A stretch of 64,000 nt of DNA from an uncultured Clostridia bacterium (GTDB lineage Bacteria; Bacillota; Clostridia; Christensenellales; CAG-314): assembly GCA_947623225.1 (NCBI GenBank), contig CANQGO010000007.1:230-64229 (forward strand), in the 5' to 3' direction. Position numbers and translations under genes: made by a program. Every line of letters begins with the position of its first letter. Positions within the stretch are counted from its first letter, which is position 1. The notes under the pieces are model-generated. The model had not been told where the DNA came from, made no database searches, and saw only the letters and a program-made list of their open reading frames with translations. Below are positions 17,399 to 28,040 of this stretch, in pieces.

Positions 17399-18714
17399 CA
17401 GTACATTTCCACTCCGTCTTTGCCCACGTAGGCATACGCTATCTTGTGCTCGGCAGGCTGCTCGCTGCCTATGACTATGGCGTCGGATATGAGCGTCTTC
17501 GCCTCGTCCAGTCCCTTGCCGTCACGGTGGAATACTTCGCACAGCACGTCGCCGCGGCGTACCTTGCTGCCTATGGCAACATGCATGATGACTCCGACGG
17601 AGAAGTCTATCTCGTCGCTCTTGGTCATGCGTCCGCCGCCCAGTCGCGTTACCGCTCTGCCTATATCCGCCGCCACCATAGATGTGACATACCCGTCGCA
17701 GGGCGATACCACGACGTCCCGCGTGCCTATCTCGAACCGCTCGGGGTGCAGTATGTAGTTTTCGTCACCGTGCTGCGCACGCACCATCTCGGCGAACTTC
17801 GCCAACGCTCTTCCGCTGTCTATCGCCGAGTCGAAGGCTTCCTCCGCACTCTGCAATGTATACTTGCCCGTCAATGCCAACAGCCTGAGAGCCACTTCCC
17901 GTATCTCGCGGTACAGACGGTTCTTTTTGCCCTTCAGCACGTCTACGATGCCTATGATCTCCAGCGAATTGCCCACGTGATCGGATAGCGGCTGCTGCAT
18001 ATCCGTGATGAGCGCGCCTATACGCTTGCCGGCTATGGTGCCTATGGCTACCATCTTTTTGGCAAGTTCCAACGCACTCTCGGGATCCGGCATGAACGCG
18101 CCGCTGCCGTACTTGACGTCCAGCAGTATGGTGTCCGAGCCGCTTGCCAACTTTTTGCTCATTATACTTGCGCATATGAGCGGAATGGAATTGACCGTAC
18201 CCGTCACGTCACGCAGCGCGTATATCTTCTTGTCCGCCGGCGCGAGATTGGCAGTCTGCCCTATCACCGCACAGCCGACGCGCTTGACCACTTCGAAGAA
18301 TTCCTCTTCGCTCAGTGCCGTGTCAAAGCCGGGTATGCTCTCCAGTTTGTCTATGGTCCCGCCGGTGAAGCCCAGTCCTCTGCCGCTCATCTTGGCTACG
18401 TACACTCCGCAGCATGCCAGTATGGGCGCGAGAGCCAGCGTCGTGCTGTCCCCTATGCCGCCGGTGGAGTGCTTGTCCACCACGATACCGCCCAGTGCCG
18501 ACATGTCCACCACCTCGCCGCTGTGCAGCATGGCGTCCGTCATGGCAAATGTCTCCTCGTCCGTCATCCCGTTGAGCAGGATGGCCATCAGCAGCGCAGA
18601 CATTTGATAGTCGGGAATGGTCCCGTCGGTGAATCCGTCTACAAAGAATTTTATCTGCTCGGCAGTCAACTCGCCGCCTACCTTCTTCTTCTCTATGATA
18701 TCTATGATATTCAT
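17398..18714 (-). CDS. pdp: Pyrimidine-nucleoside phosphorylase
   Basis: DKHSTGGIGD, KMSGRGLGFTGGTIDKLESIPG and YALRDVT motifs. Confidence 0.95.
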   Translation of the reverse strand: MNIIDIIEKKKVGGELTAEQIKFFVDGFTDGTIPDYQMSALLMAILLNGMTDEETFAMTDAMLHSGEVVDMSALGGIVVDKHSTGGIGDSTTLALAPILACCGVYVAKMSGRGLGFTGGTIDKLESIPGFDTALSEEEFFEVVKRVGCAVIGQTANLAPADKKIYALRDVTGTVNSIPLICASIMSKKLASGSDTILLDVKYGSGAFMPDPESALELAKKMVAIGTIAGKRIGALITDMQQPLSDHVGNSLEIIGIVDVLKGKKNRLYREIREVALRLLALTGKYTLQSAEEAFDSAIDSGRALAKFAEMVRAQHGDENYILHPERFEIGTRDVVVSPCDGYVTSMVAADIGRAVTRLGGGRMTKSDEIDFSVGVIMHVAIGSKVRRGDVLCEVFHRDGKGLDEAKTLISDAIVIGSEQPAEHKIAYAYVGKDGVEMY

Positions 18715-18897
18715 TCCTTCGCTCCTCGCTTTTCCTCTTTGCCGCAGTTACCTGCGTCTTTTTTAATTATACCATACATTTTCCCCTCATTCAATAGCCT
18801 TTTTGCGCATTTTTGCAACCAAAGCCCCGCTCTGCACGGTCCGGATATGAAATACGCCTCCCGAGATCCCTTCCCGAGAGGCGTATGTGCTACTTTA

Positions 18898-20124
18898 TCA
18901 GCCGAATATATTGCGCAGGCGTTCTATCTTGTCCTCCGACAGCGTGCCGTTGTCCTCTATGCGATCTATCGCGTCCCGGATACTCTGCGTCTGCTCCTCC
19001 GTGAGATTGTCGGATATGTCGGACGCGCAACCCTCTATGATGGGCAACGCCAGACTGCTCTCGCCTATCTTGCCTACTATCTCGTCCGCTTGCTCCTCCG
19101 TGAGTACGTCCTGACGGGTGTAGTCATACAGGTCGCTGATGATACTGCCCTCTTTGAGGAACTCCACCTCGCTTATATCCAACCCGGACAAGTCGACGGG
19201 CAGATCGTTGGTTTGGCTGAGCGAGTTTATAAGAATGTTCAACGTGGCAAGCGCGTCGTCGGACATGCCCGACTTGATATCGTCCAGATTCTTCAATATC
19301 TCCTGCAGATCCTCAAAGTTCCCCGACAGGATGATATCCGCAAAGTCCATATTGCTCAGCTTGATCATTTCCTTCGCCATCTGCACCGCACCGCTCAGCG
19401 AATCCACCAATGCCGGCAGGTTGGTATTCTTCCCCTCCGACATGGGCACTGTGGATATCCACTCAAATGGCTTGCCCGTCAGCTTGTCGTAGAATACGGC
19501 AATGCCGCTCTCGGGATACCCCGTCAGTGTCTGCATGATACTGAACTGTTCGTCTGCTCCCTGCTCGGAACCTTCCGTCGTCTCACTTGACAGATCATTT
19601 GCCATAACGGCGACCTTGCCCACCTGCGTGAGCAGCCCCGACACCGCCATGCACAGCGCGACAGCTACCGCCGCTCCCTGCACCAAGCCTATCAGCCCGC
19701 CGAACAGCCTGTGTCTACGCACCTTTTCCTTGCGCTTCTCGCCGTGGCGGAATATGGCATTGCATATGGGCGAGACGATGATCCAGGTGAGCAGCAAGAG
19801 CAACAAGAAAAGTAAGATATAACTCACCACCTTGACTATGCTCTGCACCAGAGGTACGAGTATCTCGCTGAGATCCACGCCCTGCATCGCCTCCGTCAAC
19901 GTATTGCACAGATACTCCATCCCAGTCATATCGGTGCCCGGCATCTTCATATTGGTGAGGGCGTTGCCCAACGGTCCGCACAGCAACCCCGCCAGAATTA
20001 TACACACCACCGTCACGACGGTACGCGCCAGCGAGCGTTTGAACCCGCGTATCAAGCCTACCAGTAAGCCTATCACAACGGGCAACACCGTGAACACTAA
20101 GACCATCAACATTATAAAGTTCAT
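18898..20124 (-). CDS. Membrane protein with CvpA-like N-terminus and helical C-terminal domain
   Basis: GLIRGFKRSL start, 4 TM helices, RLFGGLIGLVQG. Confidence 0.55.
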   Translation of the reverse strand: MNFIMLMVLVFTVLPVVIGLLVGLIRGFKRSLARTVVTVVCIILAGLLCGPLGNALTNMKMPGTDMTGMEYLCNTLTEAMQGVDLSEILVPLVQSIVKVVSYILLFLLLLLLTWIIVSPICNAIFRHGEKRKEKVRRHRLFGGLIGLVQGAAVAVALCMAVSGLLTQVGKVAVMANDLSSETTEGSEQGADEQFSIMQTLTGYPESGIAVFYDKLTGKPFEWISTVPMSEGKNTNLPALVDSLSGAVQMAKEMIKLSNMDFADIILSGNFEDLQEILKNLDDIKSGMSDDALATLNILINSLSQTNDLPVDLSGLDISEVEFLKEGSIISDLYDYTRQDVLTEEQADEIVGKIGESSLALPIIEGCASDISDNLTEEQTQSIRDAIDRIEDNGTLSEDKIERLRNIFG

Positions 20125-20201
20125 TCCGTTTTCTACTCCTGTTTGTATTGTATTTTACCCGAATTTGCACTTCTTACACGTTTTTTTCAATTTTTTGCCG
20201 C

Positions 20202-20732
20202 TCAGCACGCGCTCGCATGCTTGGCAAGGAACTCCTCCATCGACACATGCGTATGCACCGGACGGTCAAGCGGATTGTACTTTTCCGTCTCGGGCAGAGT
20301 CACCATGGTATATTCGTCTCCGCCGCCGCTGTAGAAGCTGTGCGCGTCTCGGACGATCTTCTGTACATACCTTTTCTCGTTCACCCAGCCCGCTGTCGGC
20401 TCGCCTTCGCAGAATATTTCCAACTTCTCGCAGCCATAGAATGCGTCCTTTTCGATACTCTCCACGCTCGCGGGTATCCATATTGCGCACAGCTCTTTGC
20501 ACCCGGCAAACGCCCTCGTGCCTATACTGTTCAGCCCGCTGTTCAGCAGCACGCACTTCAGCGCAGACCCCGCGCAGCAACCGCCGTTGATACTCACCGT
20601 ATTGTCCGGCGTAGCGACGAATTGGGCACTTTGCGCGCTCAGCCTCACCGCTATCACGCCGTCGGTGCTCGATTGCACATTGAAACTGCCCTCTTTGGCG
20701 AAAATTTTATCGAATTCCTCCTGGATCTTCAT
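20202..20732 (-). CDS. Short BspA-type leucine-rich-repeat protein
   Basis: LNSIGTRAFAGCKEL and IPASVESIEKDAFYGCEKL repeats. Confidence 0.8.
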   Translation of the reverse strand: MKIQEEFDKIFAKEGSFNVQSSTDGVIAVRLSAQSAQFVATPDNTVSINGGCCAGSALKCVLLNSGLNSIGTRAFAGCKELCAIWIPASVESIEKDAFYGCEKLEIFCEGEPTAGWVNEKRYVQKIVRDAHSFYSGGGDEYTMVTLPETEKYNPLDRPVHTHVSMEEFLAKHASAC

Positions 20733-20900
20733 ATCCCTCTCCTTGCCGTGTGTTGGCGTCATACCGTAATTATAACAAATTATACACAAATGTGTCAATT
20801 TAATTACAGCGTTCGCCGTTTAAGTGCCGACGGCTCTGCATACAAGAATTCCCGCCGGAAGGGACCGACGGGAATGTAGTTACGCTGTAACGATAGTAGC

Positions 20901-21968
20901 TTACTCGCAAAGTTGAGCGAAGTACTTGATGGTGCGGACCATCTGAGAAGTGTAGCTGTTTTCGTTGTCGTACCAGGAGACTACCTGCACCTGATATGTG
21001 TCGTCGTCCAGCTTCTGCACCATGGTCTGCGTAGCGTCGAAGATGGAACCGTGAGTATCGCCGATCACGTCGCTGCTGACGATCTGATCCTCATTGTATC
21101 CGAAGCTCTCGCTCTCTCTGCTCTTCATGAAGGCGTTAATGCTCTCCTTCGTGATATCGTGACCCTTCACTACCGCCACGAGGATGGTCGTGCTGCCGGT
21201 GCAGACGGGAACGCGCTGCGCACTGCCGATGAGTTTCTTGTCCAGTTCGGGAATGACCAGACCGATAGCCTTGGCTGCGCCTGTGGAGTTGGGAACGATA
21301 TTGCAAGCGGCTGCACGCGCACGGCGAAGGTCGCCCTTACGATGCGGACCGTCCAGCACCATCTGATCGCCCGTGTATGCGTGTACCGTAGTCATGATAC
21401 CGGAGACGATGGGAGCATAGTCGTTCAGAGCCTTTGCCATGGGAGCCAGGCAGTTGGTCGTGCAGCTTGCCGCGGATATGATCGTATCGGAGGGAGTCAG
21501 GATACCTTCGTTCACGCCGTATACGACTGTGGGCAGATCGTTGCCTGCGGGAGCGGAGATGATGACTCTCTTCGCACCTGCGTCTATATGAGCCTGCGCT
21601 TTGGCTTTGCTGGTGTAGAAGCCCGTGCACTCCAGCACTACGTCTACTCTGAGCCTTCTCCAGGGCAGTTTCTCCGCCTTAGCCTCGGCGTAGATATTGA
21701 TGGTCTTGCCGTTGACGGTGAGCGTACCGGGAGTGATCACCTTCTTGCCGTCCTCGGACATTACCGGCTCGGTGCTGCTGACGGTGTCAGCCAACTCGTA
21801 ACGCTTCTGAGCCGTGTCGTACTTCAGCAGATGCGCGAGCATCTTGGGGCTGGTCAGGTCGTTGATGGCGACGATCTCATATCCCTTCGCTCCGAACATC
21901 TGACGAAATGCAAGACGTCCTATCCGTCCAAAGCCGTTGATTGCAACTCTTACTTTTTTCTGTGCCAT
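20901..21968 (-). CDS. gap: Glyceraldehyde-3-phosphate dehydrogenase type I
   Basis: [26 protein letters not shown] and WYDNE motifs. Confidence 0.98.
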   Translation of the reverse strand: MAQKKVRVAINGFGRIGRLAFRQMFGAKGYEIVAINDLTSPKMLAHLLKYDTAQKRYELADTVSSTEPVMSEDGKKVITPGTLTVNGKTINIYAEAKAEKLPWRRLRVDVVLECTGFYTSKAKAQAHIDAGAKRVIISAPAGNDLPTVVYGVNEGILTPSDTIISAASCTTNCLAPMAKALNDYAPIVSGIMTTVHAYTGDQMVLDGPHRKGDLRRARAAACNIVPNSTGAAKAIGLVIPELDKKLIGSAQRVPVCTGSTTILVAVVKGHDITKESINAFMKSRESESFGYNEDQIVSSDVIGDTHGSIFDATQTMVQKLDDDTYQVQVVSWYDNENSYTSQMVRTIKYFAQLCE

Positions 21969-22192
21969 TGTGAGATTCCTCCAAAAAATTTTTAGTTGGT
22001 TTTGCAATACTTCTTTACTAAAAATACGTATTGTGGTACAATATCCTTAACGGAATATGCCCTTAGGTGTCCAGATCCACCATTTCAAATTATAGCACAA
22101 GGCAAAAACTTTGACAATATCCTATCGATATTTTTTTGCCATAAAATTCCGTTTCACTTTGTATAGAATATATTTATGTCGGAGGAATCACT

Positions 22193-23128
22193 ATGCCACT
22201 CGTTACAACCACAGAAATGTTCAAAAAGGCGTATGCAGGAGGCTACGCCATAGGCGCGTTCAATGTCAACGACATGGAGATGGTCCAGGCCATCGTCGAG
22301 GCAGCCAACGAATGTCACTCTCCCGTGATACTGCAGGTATCCGCAGGCGCGCGCAAGTACGCCAATCCCGTCTACCTCAGGCACCTCGTGCAGGCAGCCG
22401 TGGAGACGACGGATATCCCCATCGCTCTGCACCTGGATCACGGCGCGGATTTCGATATCTGCAAAGCGTCCATAGACGGCGGCTTCACCTCCGTCATGAT
22501 AGACGCCAGTTCCAAGCCCTGGGAGGAAAATATAGCCGTCACGCGTAGCGTCGTGGAGTACGCGCATGCGCACGGTGTAGTCGTCGAGGCAGAGTTGGGT
22601 AAGCTCGCAGGCGTAGAGGACGACGTACATGTAGAGGCTGCCGACGCACTGTTCACCAGCCCCGACGAGGTGGAAGAGTTCACCGCCCGCACCGGCATAG
22701 ACAGCCTCGCCATAGCCATCGGCACCAGCCACGGAGCATACAAGTTCAAGCCCGGTCAGGATCCCAAACTGCGCCTGGATATTCTGGAAGAGGTAGGCAG
22801 ACGCCTGCCCGGCTTCCCCATCGTACTGCACGGAGCCAGCAGCGTGCCACAGGACAAGGTGGCATTGGTCAACAAGTACGGCGGCGATATGCCCAACGCC
22901 ATCGGTATCCCCGAGAGCGAACTGCGCAAGGCCGCACGTATGGCAGTATGCAAGATCAATATAGACAGCGACCTGCGTGTGAGCTTCACCGCCGCAGTAC
23001 GCAAGCACTTCGCCGAGAACCCCTCTCACTTCGACCCCAGACAGTACCTGGGCGACGCCCGCGCCATGATGAAAGAGATGGTCAAGCACAAGATCACCGA
23101 CGTGCTGGGCAGTGCGGACAAGGCATGA
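22193..23128 (+). CDS. fba: Class II fructose-bisphosphate aldolase
   Basis: LHLDHG, EAELG, GTSHGAYK, VLHGASS and KINIDSD motifs. Confidence 0.97.
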   Translation: MPLVTTTEMFKKAYAGGYAIGAFNVNDMEMVQAIVEAANECHSPVILQVSAGARKYANPVYLRHLVQAAVETTDIPIALHLDHGADFDICKASIDGGFTSVMIDASSKPWEENIAVTRSVVEYAHAHGVVVEAELGKLAGVEDDVHVEAADALFTSPDEVEEFTARTGIDSLAIAIGTSHGAYKFKPGQDPKLRLDILEEVGRRLPGFPIVLHGASSVPQDKVALVNKYGGDMPNAIGIPESELRKAARMAVCKINIDSDLRVSFTAAVRKHFAENPSHFDPRQYLGDARAMMKEMVKHKITDVLGSADKA

Positions 23129-23186
23129 CGTCCTGCATATAAGAGGCCCCCACCGCTCGACCAAGCGGTGCAAAAATTGTTCAAAC

Positions 23187-23224
23187 GAAAAACGACTTGA
23201 TACTGCGTGTTTCAAGTCGTTTTT
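23187..23224. terminator. Bidirectional terminator hairpin
   Basis: AAAAACGACTTGA...TCAAGTCGTTTTT between convergent genes. Confidence 0.65.
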
Positions 23225-23247
23225 AGATATGTTTTTCGTATACTCTG

Positions 23248-23841
23248 TCACAGCGGACTGGGGTAATACTTCTTGGGCAGACGTCTGAGCCTGTCCGCCG
23301 CTTCCCTTGCCTTCTCGTGACCCTTTGCCGCCGCCTTTTCGTACCACTCGAGTGCTCTCACCGCGTCCCTCGAATCCCGCTCGTCCGGATACCATTCCAG
23401 TTGCGTCCTGTACTTGCCGAGCAATATGGACGCGCTGTACTTTTCATAGATCACGCCCAGTTGGTACATGGCCTCCACATTGCCGAGTTCGGCGGCTTTT
23501 TTGTAATACCGTATGGCAAATTCCCTGTTTTGAGACATTTGAAATGTCTTGTCGCCGCGGTCATACGCCGAGCCCATCATCAGCAAAGCGGGCATATAGT
23601 TACCGCCAGCGGCACCGCTCAGCCATCTGCCTCCAAGTTGTGCGCACGTCAATTGTTCGAAATACGGCAGTCTGTAGTATAACTTCTGATACAGCAATGC
23701 CAATTCGTACTTTGTCTCGGGATCGTCACTGCTTTCCACCTTCTGCTCGAGCGCGTCTATCTTTTGCAGCAGTTCCCTTGTACTGTCGTCACTTACCGGA
23801 AATGAGTAAAATGCCTTGGTCGTATAATATTCCATCGTCAC
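23248..23841 (-). CDS. Sel1-repeat protein
   Basis: AIRYYKKAAELGNVEAMYQLG and ALEWYEKAAAKGH repeats. Confidence 0.88.
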   Translation of the reverse strand: MTMEYYTTKAFYSFPVSDDSTRELLQKIDALEQKVESSDDPETKYELALLYQKLYYRLPYFEQLTCAQLGGRWLSGAAGGNYMPALLMMGSAYDRGDKTFQMSQNREFAIRYYKKAAELGNVEAMYQLGVIYEKYSASILLGKYRTQLEWYPDERDSRDAVRALEWYEKAAAKGHEKAREAADRLRRLPKKYYPSPL

Positions 23842-23863
23842 TGCTCCTGTATATATCGGCGCG

Positions 23864-24517
23864 TCAGTCTATGATGCCTAACTTCCACAATTTTTCCTTC
23901 GCCAGCGTATCGCCCGCGTCTCTTGCACGGCGATAGTATGCTATGGCTTTGTCTTTGTCTCTGCTCATATAGTAGTCGCCCAGACGATGATATGCGCCCG
24001 GATAGTTCAGCGCGGCTCCCTTGTTGCAGTAGAACAGCCCGAGATTTTCGTCGCGCGGCACTATCTTGCCTTCCAGATATATATTCGCCAGACGGGATAT
24101 GGCATATATGTAGTTCTGGTCGGCGGCTTTCTTGTACCAGGCTATGGCTGCCAGCGGAAAGTCCTTCTCCAGCCGCAGTCCGAGACGGTACTGCCCCTCT
24201 GCCACGCCCATCTGAGCCAATTCCTCGTACAACTTGGTTATCCAATCATACGGTTGCTGCTCCGTAGTCCATATCTCCGCCTGCCTCAGCATGGCGAGCG
24301 CGTTCTTCATACTCACCGCACGCGCCAACCAGGAACGGGACTTGCTGCGATACTCACGCTGCGCGTCGTACTCCCCTATTCCCGACAGAGAGTCATACAG
24401 CCTGTACAGCAGCCAGGCGGCGTTGCCGTCTCCCGCTTCCGCTTTGGGCGTCAGCTCCTCTATGCTCTTTTTGGGATTTCCCGAATACTTGCTGTAGTCG
24501 TCCTTGTATGCGTCCAT
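23864..24517 (-). CDS. Sel1-repeat protein
   Basis: AEAGDGNAAWLL, AIAWYKKAADQ and AIAYYRRARDAG repeats. Confidence 0.88.
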   Translation of the reverse strand: MDAYKDDYSKYSGNPKKSIEELTPKAEAGDGNAAWLLYRLYDSLSGIGEYDAQREYRSKSRSWLARAVSMKNALAMLRQAEIWTTEQQPYDWITKLYEELAQMGVAEGQYRLGLRLEKDFPLAAIAWYKKAADQNYIYAISRLANIYLEGKIVPRDENLGLFYCNKGAALNYPGAYHRLGDYYMSRDKDKAIAYYRRARDAGDTLAKEKLWKLGIID

Positions 24518-24621
24518 GACAGATATCCTCCTTCACTGCCGCACGTTTCCGTATGTAAGGGCATACCCTCACGGCAACTGCGGCACTTGTGTTATAATTA
24601 TTACATATTACGCCGTCGTTG

Positions 24622-25413
24622 TCAACGGTCGTTCGTGTATTTGTCTGCAGCCTCCACGTCGTACACCAACGGCTTGCCGTATACCCGCTCGTAGACCTCT
24701 ACCCACTTGGCATAGCACTCGTTGCACATATCTTCGGCGTTTTGCTTGTCCGTCTCTCCCTCTGTCGGGTAGATAGGCTCCAATATATTTACAACGGCGT
24801 GCTTGCACCTGCCCTCAAACGTCACGAATAGTGGTATGACGGGCACATGGAACTTCGCCGCATAGCGAAACGCGCCCGTCTTGAGGGGACGCGGCTTTTC
24901 GTAATGCTGCCACAGTGCCTCTTCGGGATAGAAGTTGACTACCGCACCGTTGTCCAGCAGGGTACGGAGAGTCTCGGACAACTTTTTCTGTGCGGCATAT
25001 CCGCCGCCGAGGGACAGGAATCCGGCACGGCGCAGGATAAAACCGCCCAACCCCTTTTTGTTGTTGTGCGGTGCGCCGGTGTGGTAACTCCGATAGTGCC
25101 CTATCGCCTGCTTGACGAAGAGCGTATCCAACACGGATATGTGATTGCATACGCATATCGCTCCGTCGATACCCTTGATATTTTTCCTGCCGCGTATCCT
25201 CAGCCCGTAGCGAAAGAGACAGAGTACCGGACCGAAAAGGAATGTCACCGTACGGCAAAACAGGCAGGACATACGATAGAAAAAGTTCGTCCGTACGTAC
25301 TTGTAGTCGCCGTCGGGCATTATATACCGCTTGCCTTGCGGCAGATAGTCCACGTCGAAGGCTCCCTCCGCCTCCAGCCTGCTAATTAACCGATTGCGTT
25401 TCTTCTTTCTCAA
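24622..25413 (-). CDS. 1-acyl-sn-glycerol-3-phosphate acyltransferase family protein (PlsC-like)
   Basis: NHISVLD (HxxxxD), FYPE, KTGAF and VPVIP motifs. Confidence 0.88.
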   Translation of the reverse strand: MRKKKRNRLISRLEAEGAFDVDYLPQGKRYIMPDGDYKYVRTNFFYRMSCLFCRTVTFLFGPVLCLFRYGLRIRGRKNIKGIDGAICVCNHISVLDTLFVKQAIGHYRSYHTGAPHNNKKGLGGFILRRAGFLSLGGGYAAQKKLSETLRTLLDNGAVVNFYPEEALWQHYEKPRPLKTGAFRYAAKFHVPVIPLFVTFEGRCKHAVVNILEPIYPTEGETDKQNAEDMCNECYAKWVEVYERVYGKPLVYDVEAADKYTNDR

Positions 25414-26587
25414 TTTTGTGCTTGACCTGCTCGTATACTATATCCGCGATCTGCTCGCCGCCGTCCACCGTCTTGTTGATATGCTCGGCTATGGCTTGTC
25501 GACAGCCGTCCAGCGCGGAAGGATCCGCTATATATTCGTTGATGAGTTTCAATGCCGTTTTTCGGTGAAAAGCCGTGACTCCGCACCCGTAATGATTTAC
25601 GAACAGCCTGCATGTGGCGCGTTCTATGGGATGAGGACAGAAGTCCACCATGACGGGCGTCCCCACGAACAGACTGTCCAGTATGGCGTTGGGTCCTGCT
25701 TTGGTCACGAACAGATCGCACGCGGCATAGTACTCGTATATCTTCTCCGTGAAGCGGATAGGTATGAGCGTGATATTGCTCGGTACCTGCTCCGCCAGAC
25801 GCGCCGTTTTCTCGTACAACTTCTCGTTTTTCCCCGCGAGGAATACTATCGTCAGCGGCTGACGGACATGCTTGACCAGATATCTGCAATACTTCGCAGA
25901 CTTGGACAGCGCGTACGCCCCGTCGGCTATCATGATACAGAACTTGTCCTGCGGTATGCCGTACTTCTCGCGGCATTGCTGCTTGGTCATAGAGAATTCA
26001 CGTACGCACTTACGCACCGTGAAGTACACTTGCCGCACCTTGGAGTAGTCGAATTTGCGCTTGCGTATAGCCTCCGTGCTGGCGAGACTATTGTTGGTGA
26101 TGAATACGTCGCAGCGTCTGTCCCACCATACGTGGACGTTGTTGTCCGGGTTGTAACTGATGACCGTCACTTCCCTCTCCGAGGCATAGCGACGCTTGTA
26201 CTCCATCGCGCAAAACGTCACGAAGTAGTGCGTGGATATGATCACGTCCGGCTGCCGTGCATGGAACGCCTCTACCAGTTCATTGACCGCCTTGCGGAAG
26301 AATACGTGATGGACGAGGTTCATAAACGGCCTCTTGCCGAGATTCATCACGGCGAATATCATATCGCCGTAGTGCCAGTATTTATTGGTTGCCTTTGTCT
26401 GATTGATGAGAAATCGTTCGAATTTGATAAGCGTCTGATCGTGGTCGTCCTCCATTATCTTCGATTCGACGATCTCCATCTCGTCACCGTACCTGTTCTT
26501 CAAGCCGTCGGCTATAGCCTGCGCGGACATGATATGCCCGAATCCGGACTCTATGTACGTGACGAGTATGCGCGGTTTTTGTTCCAT
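25382..26587 (-). CDS. MGDG synthase/UgtP-like GT28 glycosyltransferase
   Basis: GFGHIMSAQA, PDVIISTH, LAGKN and DLFVTKAGP motifs. Confidence 0.88.
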   Translation of the reverse strand: MEQKPRILVTYIESGFGHIMSAQAIADGLKNRYGDEMEIVESKIMEDDHDQTLIKFERFLINQTKATNKYWHYGDMIFAVMNLGKRPFMNLVHHVFFRKAVNELVEAFHARQPDVIISTHYFVTFCAMEYKRRYASEREVTVISYNPDNNVHVWWDRRCDVFITNNSLASTEAIRKRKFDYSKVRQVYFTVRKCVREFSMTKQQCREKYGIPQDKFCIMIADGAYALSKSAKYCRYLVKHVRQPLTIVFLAGKNEKLYEKTARLAEQVPSNITLIPIRFTEKIYEYYAACDLFVTKAGPNAILDSLFVGTPVMVDFCPHPIERATCRLFVNHYGCGVTAFHRKTALKLINEYIADPSALDGCRQAIAEHINKTVDGGEQIADIVYEQVKHKIEKEETQSVN

Positions 26588-26801
26588 ATTATCTACCTGT
26601 GTGCTTTTTCCTTTGTCGAGTTTGCCTTCCCGACGGGATCTGCCCTATTGCATTTTGCCCGTCATTCCGACTCGTCTATGATACACTCCCATTGTCAAAA
26701 TAAAGTAAACTTCGACGGTTTTCTCCCGTCAAAAATACCTGCCGAATCACTCCGCGAGCATATCGGCAGATATATCCTGTTCATCTACGACTGCGGATAA
26801 G

Positions 26802-28022
26802 TTATCTGAACTCCCTGTACAACTCCACCAGCTGCAGCAGCACCTCGAGACACTTGTCCATTTCTTCCCCTATGGCGTACTCGTACCTGCCGTGGCAGTT
26901 GTATCCGCCCGTGAAGAGATTGGGACAGGGCAATCCCTCGTAGCTCAGTCTCGCGCCGTCGGTACCGCCGCGTATGGGCACCACTTTTGGCGCGACGCCT
27001 GCGCGCTCCATAGCCTTCTCGGCATTTTCCACCAGATGGATATGCGGCAGTATCTTTTCCTTCATGTTGTAGTAACTGTCCTCTATATCCGCCGACACGG
27101 TGCCATCGCCGTACTTGTCATTCAGAAAAGCGACTATCCGACGGAAAAGTTCCTTCTTTTGCTCGAACTTGCCCTTGTCGTGATCGCGGATGATATAGTA
27201 CGCCGTCGCGCCGTCGCAGGTGCCCTGCATACTGTCCAGATGGAAAAAGCCTTCATATCCGCTCGTATAGCGGGGATTCTGCTCTACCGGCAGCATACCC
27301 TGCAATTCCATCAATATGAGGTTGGCATTCACCATTATATCCTTGGCAGAGCCGGGATGCACGGACATGCCCTTGACCTTCACCTTGGCAGACGCCGCGT
27401 TGAAGTTCTCGTATTCCAACTCGCCCAGTCCGCCACCGTCCACGGTGTATGCTCCGTCAGCGTCGAAACGCGCCACGTCGAAGAAGTCCGTGCCCCGTCC
27501 CACTTCCTCGTCGGGAGTGAAGGCTATGCGTATGGTGCCGTGCTCGATCGTGTTGGAGGCGAGTATCTCGGCAAGCGTCATTATGGCTGCTACTCCCGCC
27601 TTGTCATCCGCGCCCAGCAGCGTCCTTCCGTCCGAGCTGATGACGGTCTGTCCCACATGACGGAGCAGATCGGGGAATTGCTTGGGCGAGAGCACATACC
27701 CGTCGGCAAGGCGTATGTCTTTGCCGTTGTAGTTCTCCGTCACCACCGCATGTACGTCCTTGCCGCTGACGGCTGAGGAGGTATCCACATGGGCTATGAA
27801 GCCCAACTTGTATCCGCCGCTCTTCACATTGGCGGGGATGGTGGCGTAGACATATCCGTATTCGTCCATGTCCGCTTGTATGCCCATGTCCGTCAGCTCG
27901 TCACGGAGCATACGCAGCAGGACTTTTTGCTTGTCACTGCTGGGAAATTGCTCCACGTCGGGCACAGACTCGGTGTCTATTCCCACATATTTTATAAACC
28001 TTTTCAGTAACTTTTCGTTCAT
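26802..28022 (-). CDS. pepT: Peptidase T
   Basis: AHVDTS, LLGADDKAG, PDEEVG, VHPGSAK and IRGGTDG motifs. Confidence 0.96.
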   Translation of the reverse strand: MNEKLLKRFIKYVGIDTESVPDVEQFPSSDKQKVLLRMLRDELTDMGIQADMDEYGYVYATIPANVKSGGYKLGFIAHVDTSSAVSGKDVHAVVTENYNGKDIRLADGYVLSPKQFPDLLRHVGQTVISSDGRTLLGADDKAGVAAIMTLAEILASNTIEHGTIRIAFTPDEEVGRGTDFFDVARFDADGAYTVDGGGLGELEYENFNAASAKVKVKGMSVHPGSAKDIMVNANLILMELQGMLPVEQNPRYTSGYEGFFHLDSMQGTCDGATAYYIIRDHDKGKFEQKKELFRRIVAFLNDKYGDGTVSADIEDSYYNMKEKILPHIHLVENAEKAMERAGVAPKVVPIRGGTDGARLSYEGLPCPNLFTGGYNCHGRYEYAIGEEMDKCLEVLLQLVELYREFR

Positions 28023-28040
28023 GTTCCACCTCGATCGACC

